A DNA stretch of 39,609 nt from a virus (lineage: Duplodnaviria; Caudoviricetes). The stretch is from positions 1 through 39,609 of IMG/VR virus record IMGVR_UViG_3300032335_000729, one strand, 5' to 3'. Positions 29,201 through 39,284 of the stretch are shown piece after piece. Below the pieces are notes generated by a model that saw nothing but the letters and a program-made list of their open reading frames with translations, was not told the origin of the DNA and did not search any database. A program made the translations under genes and the position numbers. Position 1 is the stretch's first letter. The number at the start of each line of letters is the position of its first letter.

Positions 29201-30805
29201 TTGAGATTCAAAGTATAAAAATAGGTCTCTTAACTTTATGGATAGCTCTCTTGTTTTTGAATTTGATTCTGGGAAAAACTCAGAGTACATCGTTTTTATT
29301 GGCACATAGAATGTCTTAGAGATTTTATTACCAGTTTCATCGGTTATCTGTACATCTGAAATAATTTCATAAAATTTTATCTGAATATTTTTATTGATAT
29401 ACTCAGAGATAATGCTTCCTAATCCAGAGATTGGGTCCCAGTAGTTGTTTGAATTAAATGCTTGGTCATAATCAAATAGTCTTAGCTCTCCAGTAGCAGC
29501 AAGCAATTGTCCTATTGGCAAACCACTTATGCCAAGATCAGAGGCACTTTTTTGTAAGTTATAAGATACTGTTTTGCCAGTTAAGTCTACTGCAAGACGA
29601 GGAGAAAGCTCAATTAAGTCAAAGGTTGAGCCAAACTTATTCATTGTATCTACAACAATACGAATTCCAGATATAAATAAGAACTCTTCATATTCAATAA
29701 TTCCGTTTTGACCTTCTGCATACCTTTGTGGAGAAACAGTATCTGTCACAAAATTTGTAAGTTGATCTACATTCTCATCTGCAACATACCATCCATAAAG
29801 TGGTGGGAAAGTTTCATACTGTCCATTATTCCAAACATAGTAAGTTCCTACGTCAGAGCTATTTTGCTTAACTAGATAAGCCTGTCCGTCTTGATTGTCT
29901 AATGGCAAAATAGATGATGAGGCAACAATTCCATTACTTATAAAATTAGATCTAAATTTTTCAGGCACTATTATTCCGTACCCAATTTCTAGATAACCAT
30001 CTGCTCCAAAAATAGCATCTCCGTTGTTTCTTAGAGAGTTCTTGTCAAATGATATTGCATCTGTCCAGATATTATTCTTTAGGTATTGAACCTTCCATTT
30101 TACTGGAACTGTCTTATTTTGTTCCCCAAAAAATGGATCTGAAAAAATGCCAGAAGAATCTGAGAATGGGCCAAGATCTATATCTCCAACGTTAGTCTGA
30201 GTTTTAATGACAATCCTGTTAGCTGGAATTGGCTTTTTATAAACAACGTATGGAGCTGTGTCTTCTATATAGTGTGAGTCGTTAACGGTATTGTTTGCAA
30301 CACCATATTCTTTTCCATCTTCAGTTCTGTAAGAGGTCCAGTACTTAAACTTATCAGTTTTATCTGGCATGTAGTATCTAGGGCGATTAAACATATCAGT
30401 ATTACTGTGGTGCAAATACTTTCCAGTTATATCGTACCTAAGCTTGTTTATTCCAGATCTTGGTCTAAACTTTCCAAAACATTCTTCTAGAGAAAATAAC
30501 AGTTTTTCTTTTTCTTTTTTAGGCCTAAAGATTTCTGGAGTTTGTCCATCTTCCTTAAACCCGCCGTCAACAACTGTGTCTGCATCTGTAGCACCAGTAT
30601 AAAAATTTCCTACATCTCTTGGGTCATAATTATTTGGTATTGTTCCATACTTTTGCGATACCCCCAAAAGCGGTCTATATCTATAGTTACCAATATCTGC
30701 AATATTCTCAAAAAAGTTCATGTTCCATTCTGCGATAATGGCAGTTTGAGATTTTACTGTAGAAGATGTCTTTAAGTGGTCGTTTAATTCTTTACTATCA
30801 AACAT
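26213..30805 (-). CDS. Large minor tail / baseplate hub-like protein (1530 aa)
   Basis: Second gene after the tape measure; LA......FFDE...F and C-terminal IESPYIQ-like, P.IQLGD.V hub motifs. Confidence 0.75.
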   Translation of the reverse strand: MFDSKELNDHLKTSSTVKSQTAIIAEWNMNFFENIADIGNYRYRPLLGVSQKYGTIPNNYDPRDVGNFYTGATDADTVVDGGFKEDGQTPEIFRPKKEKEKLLFSLEECFGKFRPRSGINKLRYDITGKYLHHSNTDMFNRPRYYMPDKTDKFKYWTSYRTEDGKEYGVANNTVNDSHYIEDTAPYVVYKKPIPANRIVIKTQTNVGDIDLGPFSDSSGIFSDPFFGEQNKTVPVKWKVQYLKNNIWTDAISFDKNSLRNNGDAIFGADGYLEIGYGIIVPEKFRSNFISNGIVASSSILPLDNQDGQAYLVKQNSSDVGTYYVWNNGQYETFPPLYGWYVADENVDQLTNFVTDTVSPQRYAEGQNGIIEYEEFLFISGIRIVVDTMNKFGSTFDLIELSPRLAVDLTGKTVSYNLQKSASDLGISGLPIGQLLAATGELRLFDYDQAFNSNNYWDPISGLGSIISEYINKNIQIKFYEIISDVQITDETGNKISKTFYVPIKTMYSEFFPESNSKTRELSIKLRDLFLYFESQSAPELLIPNVSLSYAMSTIFDNIGFSNYSFKRIPGESDPIIPYFFVAPDKSVAEVLQDLAKATQTAMFFDEYNNFIMMSKNYILPSESERKPDFVLVGSKDQTKSGIVENQKASSITTIGNIVDISSQENNVYNDGKISYINRYIQKTMGSIKQAYVADKDITWIYKPALLWEVAGTEQLKPTNGQTATSNRYALAAIPLNSSLDTSLPEVVNHELINNVIDLGDGILYIGRYNGYFYSNGEVIKYDAVEYNVSVLPSSVINSRFTGGNVWITSAQEYEDYFSKLSFNGKIYPTGRVRIYAEPNYETFNGVTVMANGPVAKHGRAQFGTTIANHSAGLDQHWTNNDNIFGCNMDSKYLFGNTVFENAIGTGKAGQNKSLATKTSRSSLIKNYLSFSYNEEASRKNKLSATSETVQSSALVMNGPSFSAQESPIDFISYVNKPLNNSFKHFGTRMRIIGKIENNEVSIQTAAGATTYYNVSTSTPEESVAVSGGSGGLAALLNPETNNGYYFEIAALSESNIDKYSTSEGVANVFFYKIMQNKSFDKETSSNLPGAYTVTTLTAQVDGALLIGGSTVEIGQRIWLKGQTIAEQNGYYRVTSPGSTNTKWTLVRSEDAIPVKLWSGLTNITVDDGNFAGQSRVVAEETTKVYDLALEYQDFGSFRRFFLYLNDTQIATVDDTSPLPLVNANNMALFVRGSSHCMFENLYALANNYSQNSSFASDPVANSIFTNKINISANESFRKYAISGIIQPTYLSGINPAEPPKYNIYYEEFGSIMREAAYFNVKYDKAYPALYAMISPTFNKIRGYTVSGFFAGAYGAEFLIFNATDTFLFFDEQVGNYLRIQGITFTQDSRNELTVDDYFDKTSDFSNPQVKEDMTILSPIKQKQLYDDIKNSRITYGKNEFSLESPYIQSRDEAVRVMEWLISKTSKPRKSIGVRIFSTPTIQLGDIVSIDYKDEDAEFWFKPEQRFVVYSIQHDKDVSGPGMVLYLSEVV

Positions 30806-31504
30806 TTAAACCTCTTCTAGAGTTACAGAAATATTCCAAAAATCATAATTAGAACCACCACGTTTTTGAACAGAGTAGTTAAAGTCAGAAATATACATTT
30901 CTATAATCTGGTTATACTGTCCTAGCCTAGAGTACTTATCTTCGTCGTTATCTGAAAAGTTAGAATACTTATCGTATGCAAGATATACCCAAAAAGAATC
31001 TTTGTGAGCGTTGTACCAATTTAGTATTTCAACTCCACCTGCACCACCATCAGTAGTGAACTTCTCTGATAAGTTTGTAATATTTGGGACTATCTCAAAA
31101 GATTCATCCAGGCCAGGCTCTCTATTTCCAGACTCAAGCAATGACGGTGTACCTTCTTCATTAAAGTTTGGTTTTGCTGAAAAAGATCTTGATGGTAGCA
31201 TTGACCAAGAAGTAGAAATCGATAGCTTGTCAGCAATGTGGTATGAACGCATTCTTCCGTTAATCATTCGTTCTCTTCGTTCAATTCTTAGTGGCTGGAA
31301 TTCTAGAGAAGACCTATTGTCGTCAGAAAGGATTAAGAACTCATTTAATAGGTCTCCTTGAAGAGCTTCTGTGGTGTCTTGGCCAACTTCAAAGCCATTA
31401 GGAACATAAATTCCGTCAGTAATAGTTCCTGGGTTATTTGCCCAAAGCATGGCCTGAGGACGCTGGTATTGCTTCCTATTTGTCATATATACGTTAGTAG
31501 CCAT
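30806..31504 (-). CDS. Putative distal tail protein
   Basis: Immediately after the tape measure; RMINGRMR...K......W and terminal ISVTLEEV pattern. Confidence 0.65.
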   Translation of the reverse strand: MATNVYMTNRKQYQRPQAMLWANNPGTITDGIYVPNGFEVGQDTTEALQGDLLNEFLILSDDNRSSLEFQPLRIERRERMINGRMRSYHIADKLSISTSWSMLPSRSFSAKPNFNEEGTPSLLESGNREPGLDESFEIVPNITNLSEKFTTDGGAGGVEILNWYNAHKDSFWVYLAYDKYSNFSDNDEDKYSRLGQYNQIIEMYISDFNYSVQKRGGSNYDFWNISVTLEEV

Positions 31505-34500
31505 TAGAACCTATTGCTCCTTATTCTTTGAGACTCTACCCTGCGGATTTGAGCCATTACAGTTTGTGCTATAGCGTTAGGGTCTGATACAGAAGAAACG
31601 TTAACACTTAGGTTATAATTATACACTGAACCACCAGGATATTCTCCATTATTAATTGAGTTCAAAGGTTGGACACCAATTTTTGAAACTGCAGGTCTGT
31701 TTATTACAAACTCTCCAGGAGTAAGCATGGCTGGTATTCTATCAGTCCCCATAGTTTTAGCCCATGAAGGTTTAATAAACTTTGGAGATCCTCCATTTGC
31801 CATGTAGTTAACTAGTCCTCCACCAGCTCTCATTAATGCCCGTATGCTTGTGCCCTTTGGTGGTCCAACTACGTTATTTCCAACAGCCTTATTCACATAA
31901 GCAGTAATCTTTTTATCAGCAGTATCTGCTGTGGTTTTCCCTATAGTCACTCCTGCACGTTTTGCAATTTCTGTACTAGCTTTTACAGCAGTGTTTTTAT
32001 CTTTTGTCAAGGTGACTAGATCTTTAGTGGTAGCGTTCTTATAATCTATGGCTGAACCGCCACCGCCACCACCACCACCGCCGCCGCCGCCTGTGCCATC
32101 TTCCTCAACCTTCTTAATAGTAAGTGTAACTTCTTTAGATTCAATACCAGCCCAAGCGTTCTTTAGGTCAGTGACAATATCCAAGGCTGCTTGCATAGCT
32201 GCTACATAGCCGTCACTGCTTACCTTGGCTAAATCAATTCCATTTTTAACAGTTTCCCATTCAGTCTTTGTTCTACCAAGAACTGTTATTGATTGTATTT
32301 GCTTATCCAGTTCAACCTGTGCTAATCTAATTCTCTCATTTGCTGGCTCTAGAGTCTTTTCTTCAATAAAGAAAATCTGGTCAGAAAGGTCTTTAATCTT
32401 TTGCTGAATCTGTTCTCTGCTGAGCCCCATAGCTCCTCGTACTTGACCAAGAGCTCTCTCCCTACCAGCCTCAAGTGCTGAAGTCTGACTTGCAAAGTAT
32501 CCAGAAGCAGATGTCTCTCTAACTTGCTGAGCAGCTTGAGCGGCAGCATAGAGATCACCACGGGTGATTGCCTCTGCAACAGAAAGCTTGCCCTTTTCTT
32601 GCTCTAGAATCTTTTGGTTAGCAACTCGTACCTTTTCTAAAGATTCTAGCTTGGTGTCATAAGTCTTATTTATCTTTTCTTCTTGGTCTTCAATACCCTT
32701 GAGATCTGCCTCATAGTCATCAATAATGTACTGAATTTTTGCAACTTCATTTTCTGCTGCAGAAACTAATGCCTTATCTGCTTTAACCTTTACATCAAAT
32801 TCTAGAGTAAGACGCTTTTCCTCTGCTTCAAAGGCTTCCATGGCCTTATTAAAGCCTTCATCAAATACCTCTTGCATTCCTTCTGGAGTTAGCATTGCTG
32901 CTTCTTTAAGGGCCTTTTGTGCTGCCTTAATATCGGCAAGCATCTTGTTCATTTCTGATTTAGTCATTTTGCCAGTAGCAACAGCGGTTGCAACTGCAGT
33001 ATCTTGAATTGCTTGGTATGCTTCTTCTACAGAATATCCAGCAGCTCTTAGTTGACCGAAAGCTACTACCTGATTCCTTGCTTCCTTGGCAACTTTCTGC
33101 TGCTCATTGACAAACTCTCCAACCGCAATTGAGTTTAAGGCATCGCCAATGTTCTGTAGGCCTCTCTTAAAGCCAACAATTTCTCCAGTTTTGTTAAAAG
33201 TAAATAGCTTATTCTTTTGCTTTTCAAACTCTTTAGGATCCATGCCAGCAATTAAGGTAATTAAGTCTTCTCCAGCACCAAGCCTTCTCATGTCTTGCTC
33301 AATACCGCCAAAAATACTAATACTCTTATTTCCACCAAATAGATTTTCTAGAACCTTCGCAGACTCAGTCCATCCATTAGTAACCTTAATCTGATTCTTA
33401 CGAACATCTCTTAGCCTCTTTACAATGTCGTCAAGAACTGATTGAGGTGTTGCACCCCCACCACCAGTATTTGTGTCTGTCTCAGTTGCAGGTGCTTTTG
33501 TAGCATCTGTTGTTGCTTCCGTAACTTGCACAGCTTTTGTTGTAGCAAAATCTTCAAACATCTTTTTGGCATTTCCAGGTTCTGTTAACCAAAGCCTATA
33601 TGCCTTTTGCATGTCTGGATCACCTTGAAGTTGCATAGTATTTGTAAAAGTAGACATATACGTTTTTTGCTGAACTGGATCTAAGCTTTCAAAATATGCC
33701 TGATTCTTTTTAAATTGTTCAAACTGACTTTCTCCAATTAAGTTTTGAACAAAGTCCATGCTCATCTTACCGTCAACAGCATTAATTTTATCAAGCATTG
33801 CCTGGAATCGCTCAGCTGCTTTTGGATTGTTGCTATAAAAACTAAGGACAACTTTTGAATCTAAGATTCCAGAAGTTTTTGATATTTCTGCAAATAAATC
33901 AAGGTATTTCTTTGCATTAGCTGGTGTTTTTGCAGATACGTCTGCAATAAATTTAGTCTGCTGATCCTTGAGAGGGTTTCCATCTTTGTCTTGGAACATG
34001 TTCATTATCTGAATTGCTTTATTACCATCGGCACTTCCGAGGTTAGTCATTAGATTCAGAACATTTGTCAGCTGTTTGCCATCTTCACTAAAGTTAGTTA
34101 GCAGTTGAGAAACCACAAGTGGGTCAAGGTCGCCAGTTGCTACCAAAAGCTTCATCTGATATTCTTGAGTTTGGTCTAGACCAGAAGCAGAAACTATCTG
34201 ATCTCTAGCTCCAATTGCCATGGCTTGCATAACTGGATCATCTTGATACCTTTGCTCTATTGCTTTATCAACAGCCTGCCCCATTGCTCCCTGGCCTGCA
34301 AAGCCAGCTTTTGCATAACTTTCTAATACGGTAGCTGTTGTTTTTGCATTTTCAGCTAGCATTGTTTTTCTAGCTGATAAATGCTCATTTGTTAATCTTT
34401 CAGCTTCAGCAACATCCCCCGCTGCAATTGCTGCAGCTTTTCTTGTTTCAAATTCTAGATCTAAAGAATCCAACATTTCTTGTTGTTGTTGTAAAGCTAA

Positions 34501-37500
34501 AATTCCGCTAGCTACAACTGCCCCAGATGCTGTACCCATTTTTACAAATGAATCTACAACGCTTCCAGCATTTAAGGCAATTCCAGCAACTGTTCCAGCT
34601 ACAGCACCAATTGCTGTTCCAACTCCAGGAGCGATAAAGCTTCCGACCATAGCTCCTGTACCAGCCATAGCTCCAGTTTGCATTGCAGCTGTACCAAGTC
34701 TTTGTATTGGATCTGTAGCTTTTGCCATATTTTGTCCTGCAGCATTGGCCTGCTGTCTGGTGTCTTCAGACATCTTAACTCTAATAGTTAAAGGATCTTT
34801 TATAAGATTTTCTCCATTTGGACCTAGTAATTCAATCAACTTTGCATTTACGCTCATTCCAAAAGAAGCATCTCCAATTTCAGTAGCTAGATTAGCTACA
34901 ATACTTCTTGCTTGGCCAGCATCTAGAGCACCAGAAGAAACAGCAGTAACTAATTGATTAACTAGTTGATTTTCAGTTCCAGCTTTACCTACTGTAGAAA
35001 TGCTTTCTCTAGTTGAGCTAGTCAGAGCCTGTCCCTGTTCTGATTGAACAAAAGATTCTCCAAAAGTAGTCTTTCCAGTTTTTCTTGTAAATGGAGACAG
35101 AGCATCTGACCTACGTCTATCCATAATTTGACCAGCAGAAACAGAACCAGTAAATTCTGCATAGGCTTCGATTGCTTTCTGACCGCCACCCATGGCTTCA
35201 GCTAATTTCATGGACTTATTCTGTGCCTCATCAAATGCACCCTTTAATGCAAAACCAGCAACAGCAATTGCAGATAGAGCAGCTATGGCAATTTGTACTG
35301 GCCCCTTAAGCATTGGAAGAATCATTGAAGCCATCATAACTGGCATCATTAGGTCTTGAGACATTTTCCCTACTGGCCCTGGCAGCATTGAACCAGCCAT
35401 TACAGCCCCGCTAGCGACCATAGACATGCCACCCAGACCCATTCCAGGTTTTCTCTGCTTAGAGGCTGTAGCAGCCGTTTGAGAGCTTACTAGAGCCTGT
35501 TTCTGAGCTTGTGCAGCAGCTGCCTTTTCTGCTGCAAGAATCTTTCTTTGAGTTGCTGCTTTGGCATTAGCAGCTTTTTTTGCTGCCTGCTGTCTCTTTC
35601 TTTCTTGACGCATTTCTGGAGAAAAGTCTGTTGTTCCATAAAGAGCCTGGTTAGATGCAGCTGCTAGACTTTGTCGTTCAGCAGACTTAAGAGCCTTTTG
35701 TTTTGCCTGTGAATAAGCCTTTGCATCATCTCTGCCATCAATCGCAGCTTTCTTGTGTGGGCTTCTTCTTGCTGTTGCTTCTAGGTATGGGTCGCTACCG
35801 CTAAGAGATTGAGAACGAGACTTTTTGTAAGCATCTGCATCCATCTTTCCTTCGTTGATGGCAGCGGCAAGCCTTGCTTTTTTATTTTTAGCTGTTTCTG
35901 GAGCTTCGTATGTTCCTCCAGGCTGATTTTTAAACATTCCAGATGAGGCAGATGTGTCTCGCCAAGTAACGTTTGGCTCTTCTCCTCTAGCTATAGCTGC
36001 TGAGAAGTCTATTTGCTGTTTTCTTTTTGCAGCTTTGGCTTCTGGAGATGAGCCTTCATTATATGATGGCCTTCCTAGTTGTAGCTTTGATGGAGTTCCA
36101 TCTGGCAGAGTTGCAAAAATACCTCTGCTCTTTCTAGTAGCCAAACCACGATTTCTAAGATCTTGCAATGCATCGTTTGCTGTTATTCTTTTGCCTGAAG
36201 CATCTAGCTGTGTAAATCTAGTTCTAACTGTGCCAACTCTATTTTTTCTTGCCTGAAGTCCTCCAGCAACATTTCTAACCTTTGGATCTGAGCTGGAAAG
36301 CCCTTCCTGAATTACTTCTGTAGTTGTTTCTGCTATTAGTTTATCTAACCATCCATCTTTAGTTTTGTCTAACTTAGTGGTTAATATTTTTGCTGTTGTT
36401 CGTTTACCAATTTGTGAATCCATGCCGTCAACAATAGAACTATTAGCTTGATCAACAATCATTTCTCCAGCTTCTTCAGCTCTTCTCTGTACATCTCTCA
36501 AAGATTCTGGATTTTTATTCCATTCTTCCATAAACTGCTCTGGGCCCATGCCCCTGCCCTTGGCAGCAGTATTTAGAGCAGGTGTTTTTTCAGCAGTTAA
36601 ATCAGTTAGAACTTCTACTAAAGATCTAATCTCTTCTGGTAGCTTAGAGAATCCTGGAATTGCGGCTTCAACTTGACTGTAGGCTTCTGGGGTGTGTGCC
36701 ATTGGCTGAGATAGATGTGCAGACCTAGTCTTTTTTCCAATAGCAAATCCTGGAATGTTATCTGAAATCATTCCATTAATTAGTGGGCCATATTTTTTAG
36801 CCATTTTAGTTGGAATAACTGCTTCTCCTGGAGAAAGCATTGCTGGAACAACATCTCCTGCACCCTTTGGTCCTGGTACAGATACTACTCCAGAAGCATA
36901 TTTCTTTGGAGTCCTTGTTCTTGCAATCGCTCCCCCAGCCATTCCGCTCTGAGCAGCTAATGCCTTTCTATAAGCAACAGACAGGTTATTAATTGCAGCT
37001 GCTTCAGAAGTAAACGTTTGAGTTAGTGTTTGATGAATCTGGTTCAGGGATGCGGCAACAGCAGATGCTTCTAACTGTTGCTGTGTCATATAGTCAGTTT
37101 GCATACCTAGCTGTGTGCTAGCCGTGCCAGCCTTATTCATTGCTGTTTTAAAGAAGGTAAACATCTTAATGACGTTTGCAATACCGTTAGCTATAAGACC
37201 AAATCCCATTAGGAATACTGGACCAATAACTCCAGCAACAGCAGTTAGACCAACTACAAACTGTTTTGCTCCAGCATCTAACTCATTAAATTTTTCAAGA
37301 ATTTTTGTACCAAATTCAATTACTGGAGTTACAGCTTTTAGGAAAGCTTCTCCAAGAGGAACAAGTGTAACCTTGATGTCTTCAATGGCTTTTTGGAATT
37401 TAAACATTGGAGACTCTTCAACTTTTTTCAACTCTCGTTCGGAAAGAATTGCTAGCTCTTCAGTTGTAGCATTTGTTAGTTTTAGAACACGACTAGCCTG

Positions 37501-38889
37501 ATTTCCTTCTTTAATAACGTTTTGGAATAATGTCGATAGACGTGCAAACTGGAACTTACCAAATAGCTGTTCAATTGCTTGTGCACGATTTAGTGGATCC
37601 AGAGTATCTAGAGCTTTAGCAAAATCTATTACAATGCCCTTAACGTTGCCCCTGTTTGAATCAACAATTCCCTTAAGATTAATTCCAAATCCTTGCAGCA
37701 TTTCTGCAGCTTTTCCAGTTGGATTAATTAAAGATGCAAGACCAGATTTTAGTGCGTTTGCACCTTCTGATGCATTAATACCACCTTCACGCATGGCAGT
37801 TAGGAAGAATGTTAAGTCTTTAACATCTCCTCCAAGCTGTTGTACTACTGGACCAGCTTTTGGAATAGCAACAGTTAAGTCTTCAATAGAGGTGATGGTT
37901 TGGTTTTCAACAGCGTTTAAGAAGTCTATCTTACCAGCAAGCTGTTCTGCAGAAGTTCCAAATGCATCTGTCAAGGATATAGTGGCTTGTAGTGCTTCTG
38001 ACTGCTCTACCCCACCCAAAACAGCAAGACGTGTAGCTTGTGCGACTTGAGCAGTTAGCTCTGCCCCCATCTTACCAGTAGCGGCTACGTCAGCAGCTAG
38101 TTCCATTGTTTTTGATACAGCTACACCATACTTTGTAAACTCGCTAGCAAGATTTTTAATTTCTTGTAAGGCTTTGTTTGTTTCTTCTGTAGTAGTGAAC
38201 ATTTCACCATAAACACGTTTAAAGCGAATTGCCTGCTTTTCCATGTCCATAAATGTTTTTGCAGCAACAGTTCCAAACATTGTCAGAGGAACAGTAAAAC
38301 CAACCATAAGCTGACGACCAGCCCACTGGGTATTTTTACCAAAGTTTAGAAGATTTGTTGAGCCCTGCTTCAGCATTTGGTTTAGCAGAGCTTGCCTTTG
38401 GGCAGCTATCTGAGTCTTAGTGCTCAGATTTTCCATGTCTAGTGCTAATGGCCTAACAGCAATAGCTCTTATAGCACCATTTGCATCACGACCCATTTTA
38501 ATATACTGGGTCTGTAGGTCCTTAACACGTTCACGTGCGACCTTATTTATTGTGTCAAATTCAGTTGTAAATAATCTACCAAAAGTTTTTGTTGCAGCAC
38601 CAGAATACCTAAAGTACTCTCGCATAGAGAGTTTGTTTTTTTCAAGTGCGGTAGTAAAGGATTCTGTAGTAGACTTTACATTTTTTATAGTTGCAGAGAA
38701 TTGGCCAGTTCTATTGATGCTATTAAGAAGACCCTGCTGTAGGTTTAGGGATGTGGCAGCGGCTGCTGCCCCACCCTTAGCCATGTTGGTGTGGAAGGCT
38801 GAAATTTGCCGTTGCAGATTTTTAATACTTGCCAATGCGGCAGTGGTATCAATATCAACTCTTATATTGGCATTGGCATCTTCAGCCAT
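31504..38889 (-). CDS. Tail tape measure protein (2461 aa)
   Basis: Very long Ala-rich helical ORF; TP901-type core (EGANALKS.L..L..P, A.AIEQLFGK); hydrophobic and Gly-zipper segments; C-terminal GTD.IPAMLTPGEFV; follows chaperone genes. Confidence 0.93.
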   Translation of the reverse strand: MAEDANANIRVDIDTTAALASIKNLQRQISAFHTNMAKGGAAAAATSLNLQQGLLNSINRTGQFSATIKNVKSTTESFTTALEKNKLSMREYFRYSGAATKTFGRLFTTEFDTINKVARERVKDLQTQYIKMGRDANGAIRAIAVRPLALDMENLSTKTQIAAQRQALLNQMLKQGSTNLLNFGKNTQWAGRQLMVGFTVPLTMFGTVAAKTFMDMEKQAIRFKRVYGEMFTTTEETNKALQEIKNLASEFTKYGVAVSKTMELAADVAATGKMGAELTAQVAQATRLAVLGGVEQSEALQATISLTDAFGTSAEQLAGKIDFLNAVENQTITSIEDLTVAIPKAGPVVQQLGGDVKDLTFFLTAMREGGINASEGANALKSGLASLINPTGKAAEMLQGFGINLKGIVDSNRGNVKGIVIDFAKALDTLDPLNRAQAIEQLFGKFQFARLSTLFQNVIKEGNQASRVLKLTNATTEELAILSERELKKVEESPMFKFQKAIEDIKVTLVPLGEAFLKAVTPVIEFGTKILEKFNELDAGAKQFVVGLTAVAGVIGPVFLMGFGLIANGIANVIKMFTFFKTAMNKAGTASTQLGMQTDYMTQQQLEASAVAASLNQIHQTLTQTFTSEAAAINNLSVAYRKALAAQSGMAGGAIARTRTPKKYASGVVSVPGPKGAGDVVPAMLSPGEAVIPTKMAKKYGPLINGMISDNIPGFAIGKKTRSAHLSQPMAHTPEAYSQVEAAIPGFSKLPEEIRSLVEVLTDLTAEKTPALNTAAKGRGMGPEQFMEEWNKNPESLRDVQRRAEEAGEMIVDQANSSIVDGMDSQIGKRTTAKILTTKLDKTKDGWLDKLIAETTTEVIQEGLSSSDPKVRNVAGGLQARKNRVGTVRTRFTQLDASGKRITANDALQDLRNRGLATRKSRGIFATLPDGTPSKLQLGRPSYNEGSSPEAKAAKRKQQIDFSAAIARGEEPNVTWRDTSASSGMFKNQPGGTYEAPETAKNKKARLAAAINEGKMDADAYKKSRSQSLSGSDPYLEATARRSPHKKAAIDGRDDAKAYSQAKQKALKSAERQSLAAASNQALYGTTDFSPEMRQERKRQQAAKKAANAKAATQRKILAAEKAAAAQAQKQALVSSQTAATASKQRKPGMGLGGMSMVASGAVMAGSMLPGPVGKMSQDLMMPVMMASMILPMLKGPVQIAIAALSAIAVAGFALKGAFDEAQNKSMKLAEAMGGGQKAIEAYAEFTGSVSAGQIMDRRRSDALSPFTRKTGKTTFGESFVQSEQGQALTSSTRESISTVGKAGTENQLVNQLVTAVSSGALDAGQARSIVANLATEIGDASFGMSVNAKLIELLGPNGENLIKDPLTIRVKMSEDTRQQANAAGQNMAKATDPIQRLGTAAMQTGAMAGTGAMVGSFIAPGVGTAIGAVAGTVAGIALNAGSVVDSFVKMGTASGAVVASGILALQQQQEMLDSLDLEFETRKAAAIAAGDVAEAERLTNEHLSARKTMLAENAKTTATVLESYAKAGFAGQGAMGQAVDKAIEQRYQDDPVMQAMAIGARDQIVSASGLDQTQEYQMKLLVATGDLDPLVVSQLLTNFSEDGKQLTNVLNLMTNLGSADGNKAIQIMNMFQDKDGNPLKDQQTKFIADVSAKTPANAKKYLDLFAEISKTSGILDSKVVLSFYSNNPKAAERFQAMLDKINAVDGKMSMDFVQNLIGESQFEQFKKNQAYFESLDPVQQKTYMSTFTNTMQLQGDPDMQKAYRLWLTEPGNAKKMFEDFATTKAVQVTEATTDATKAPATETDTNTGGGGATPQSVLDDIVKRLRDVRKNQIKVTNGWTESAKVLENLFGGNKSISIFGGIEQDMRRLGAGEDLITLIAGMDPKEFEKQKNKLFTFNKTGEIVGFKRGLQNIGDALNSIAVGEFVNEQQKVAKEARNQVVAFGQLRAAGYSVEEAYQAIQDTAVATAVATGKMTKSEMNKMLADIKAAQKALKEAAMLTPEGMQEVFDEGFNKAMEAFEAEEKRLTLEFDVKVKADKALVSAAENEVAKIQYIIDDYEADLKGIEDQEEKINKTYDTKLESLEKVRVANQKILEQEKGKLSVAEAITRGDLYAAAQAAQQVRETSASGYFASQTSALEAGRERALGQVRGAMGLSREQIQQKIKDLSDQIFFIEEKTLEPANERIRLAQVELDKQIQSITVLGRTKTEWETVKNGIDLAKVSSDGYVAAMQAALDIVTDLKNAWAGIESKEVTLTIKKVEEDGTGGGGGGGGGGGGSAIDYKNATTKDLVTLTKDKNTAVKASTEIAKRAGVTIGKTTADTADKKITAYVNKAVGNNVVGPPKGTSIRALMRAGGGLVNYMANGGSPKFIKPSWAKTMGTDRIPAMLTPGEFVINRPAVSKIGVQPLNSINNGEYPGGSVYNYNLSVNVSSVSDPNAIAQTVMAQIRRVESQRIRSNRF
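32056..32091 (-). repeat. Poly-glycine run (12 GGC/GGT codons) in the tape measure
   Basis: Plus strand (acc/gcc)x12. Confidence 0.9.
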
Positions 38890-38907
38890 ACACTAACACC
38901 TCTTTAT

Positions 38908-39231
38908 TTAATTGCTGATAAGACCATTGAGGGAAACCTCGCCAAGCTTAACACCTGACGCTCCTTCAACAATCTTATAGACTGTAGGAAGATCTAAGAT
39001 CTCCTCTAAAGCCTTCAGGTCTTCAGCCAATTCTGGCTTATACTGCTTCATTGCGATCTGAACACAGTCCATCAAAACGCTCATTGACTTATCGTTGTCC
39101 TCTGCAACTTCTGCAATACCCTCGAACTTCTTCATAAAAGGACGAAGCAAAGAAATCTTCAAGGGACGAACCTTGATCTCTGTTCCGTCAATTAGCTTAA
39201 TTGTCTTTTCTTCGTATACTTCTGTACTCAT
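38908..39231 (-). CDS. Tail assembly chaperone (gpG-like)
   Basis: 107 aa; beta hairpin then helices (I.LIDG.EI.VRPL); directly upstream of the tape measure. Confidence 0.7.
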   Translation of the reverse strand: MSTEVYEEKTIKLIDGTEIKVRPLKISLLRPFMKKFEGIAEVAEDNDKSMSVLMDCVQIAMKQYKPELAEDLKALEEILDLPTVYKIVEGASGVKLGEVSLNGLISN

Positions 39232-39265
39232 ATTATTTTAGTCCTTCCGCTATGAGGCTTTACCT

Positions 39266-39274
39266 ATTATAACA
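39266..39274 (-). promoter_or_regulatory. Extended -10 promoter
   Basis: Intergenic TGTTATAAT, identical to the motifs at 4680 and 24039. Confidence 0.65.
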
Positions 39275-39284
39275 TAAAAGGCTT

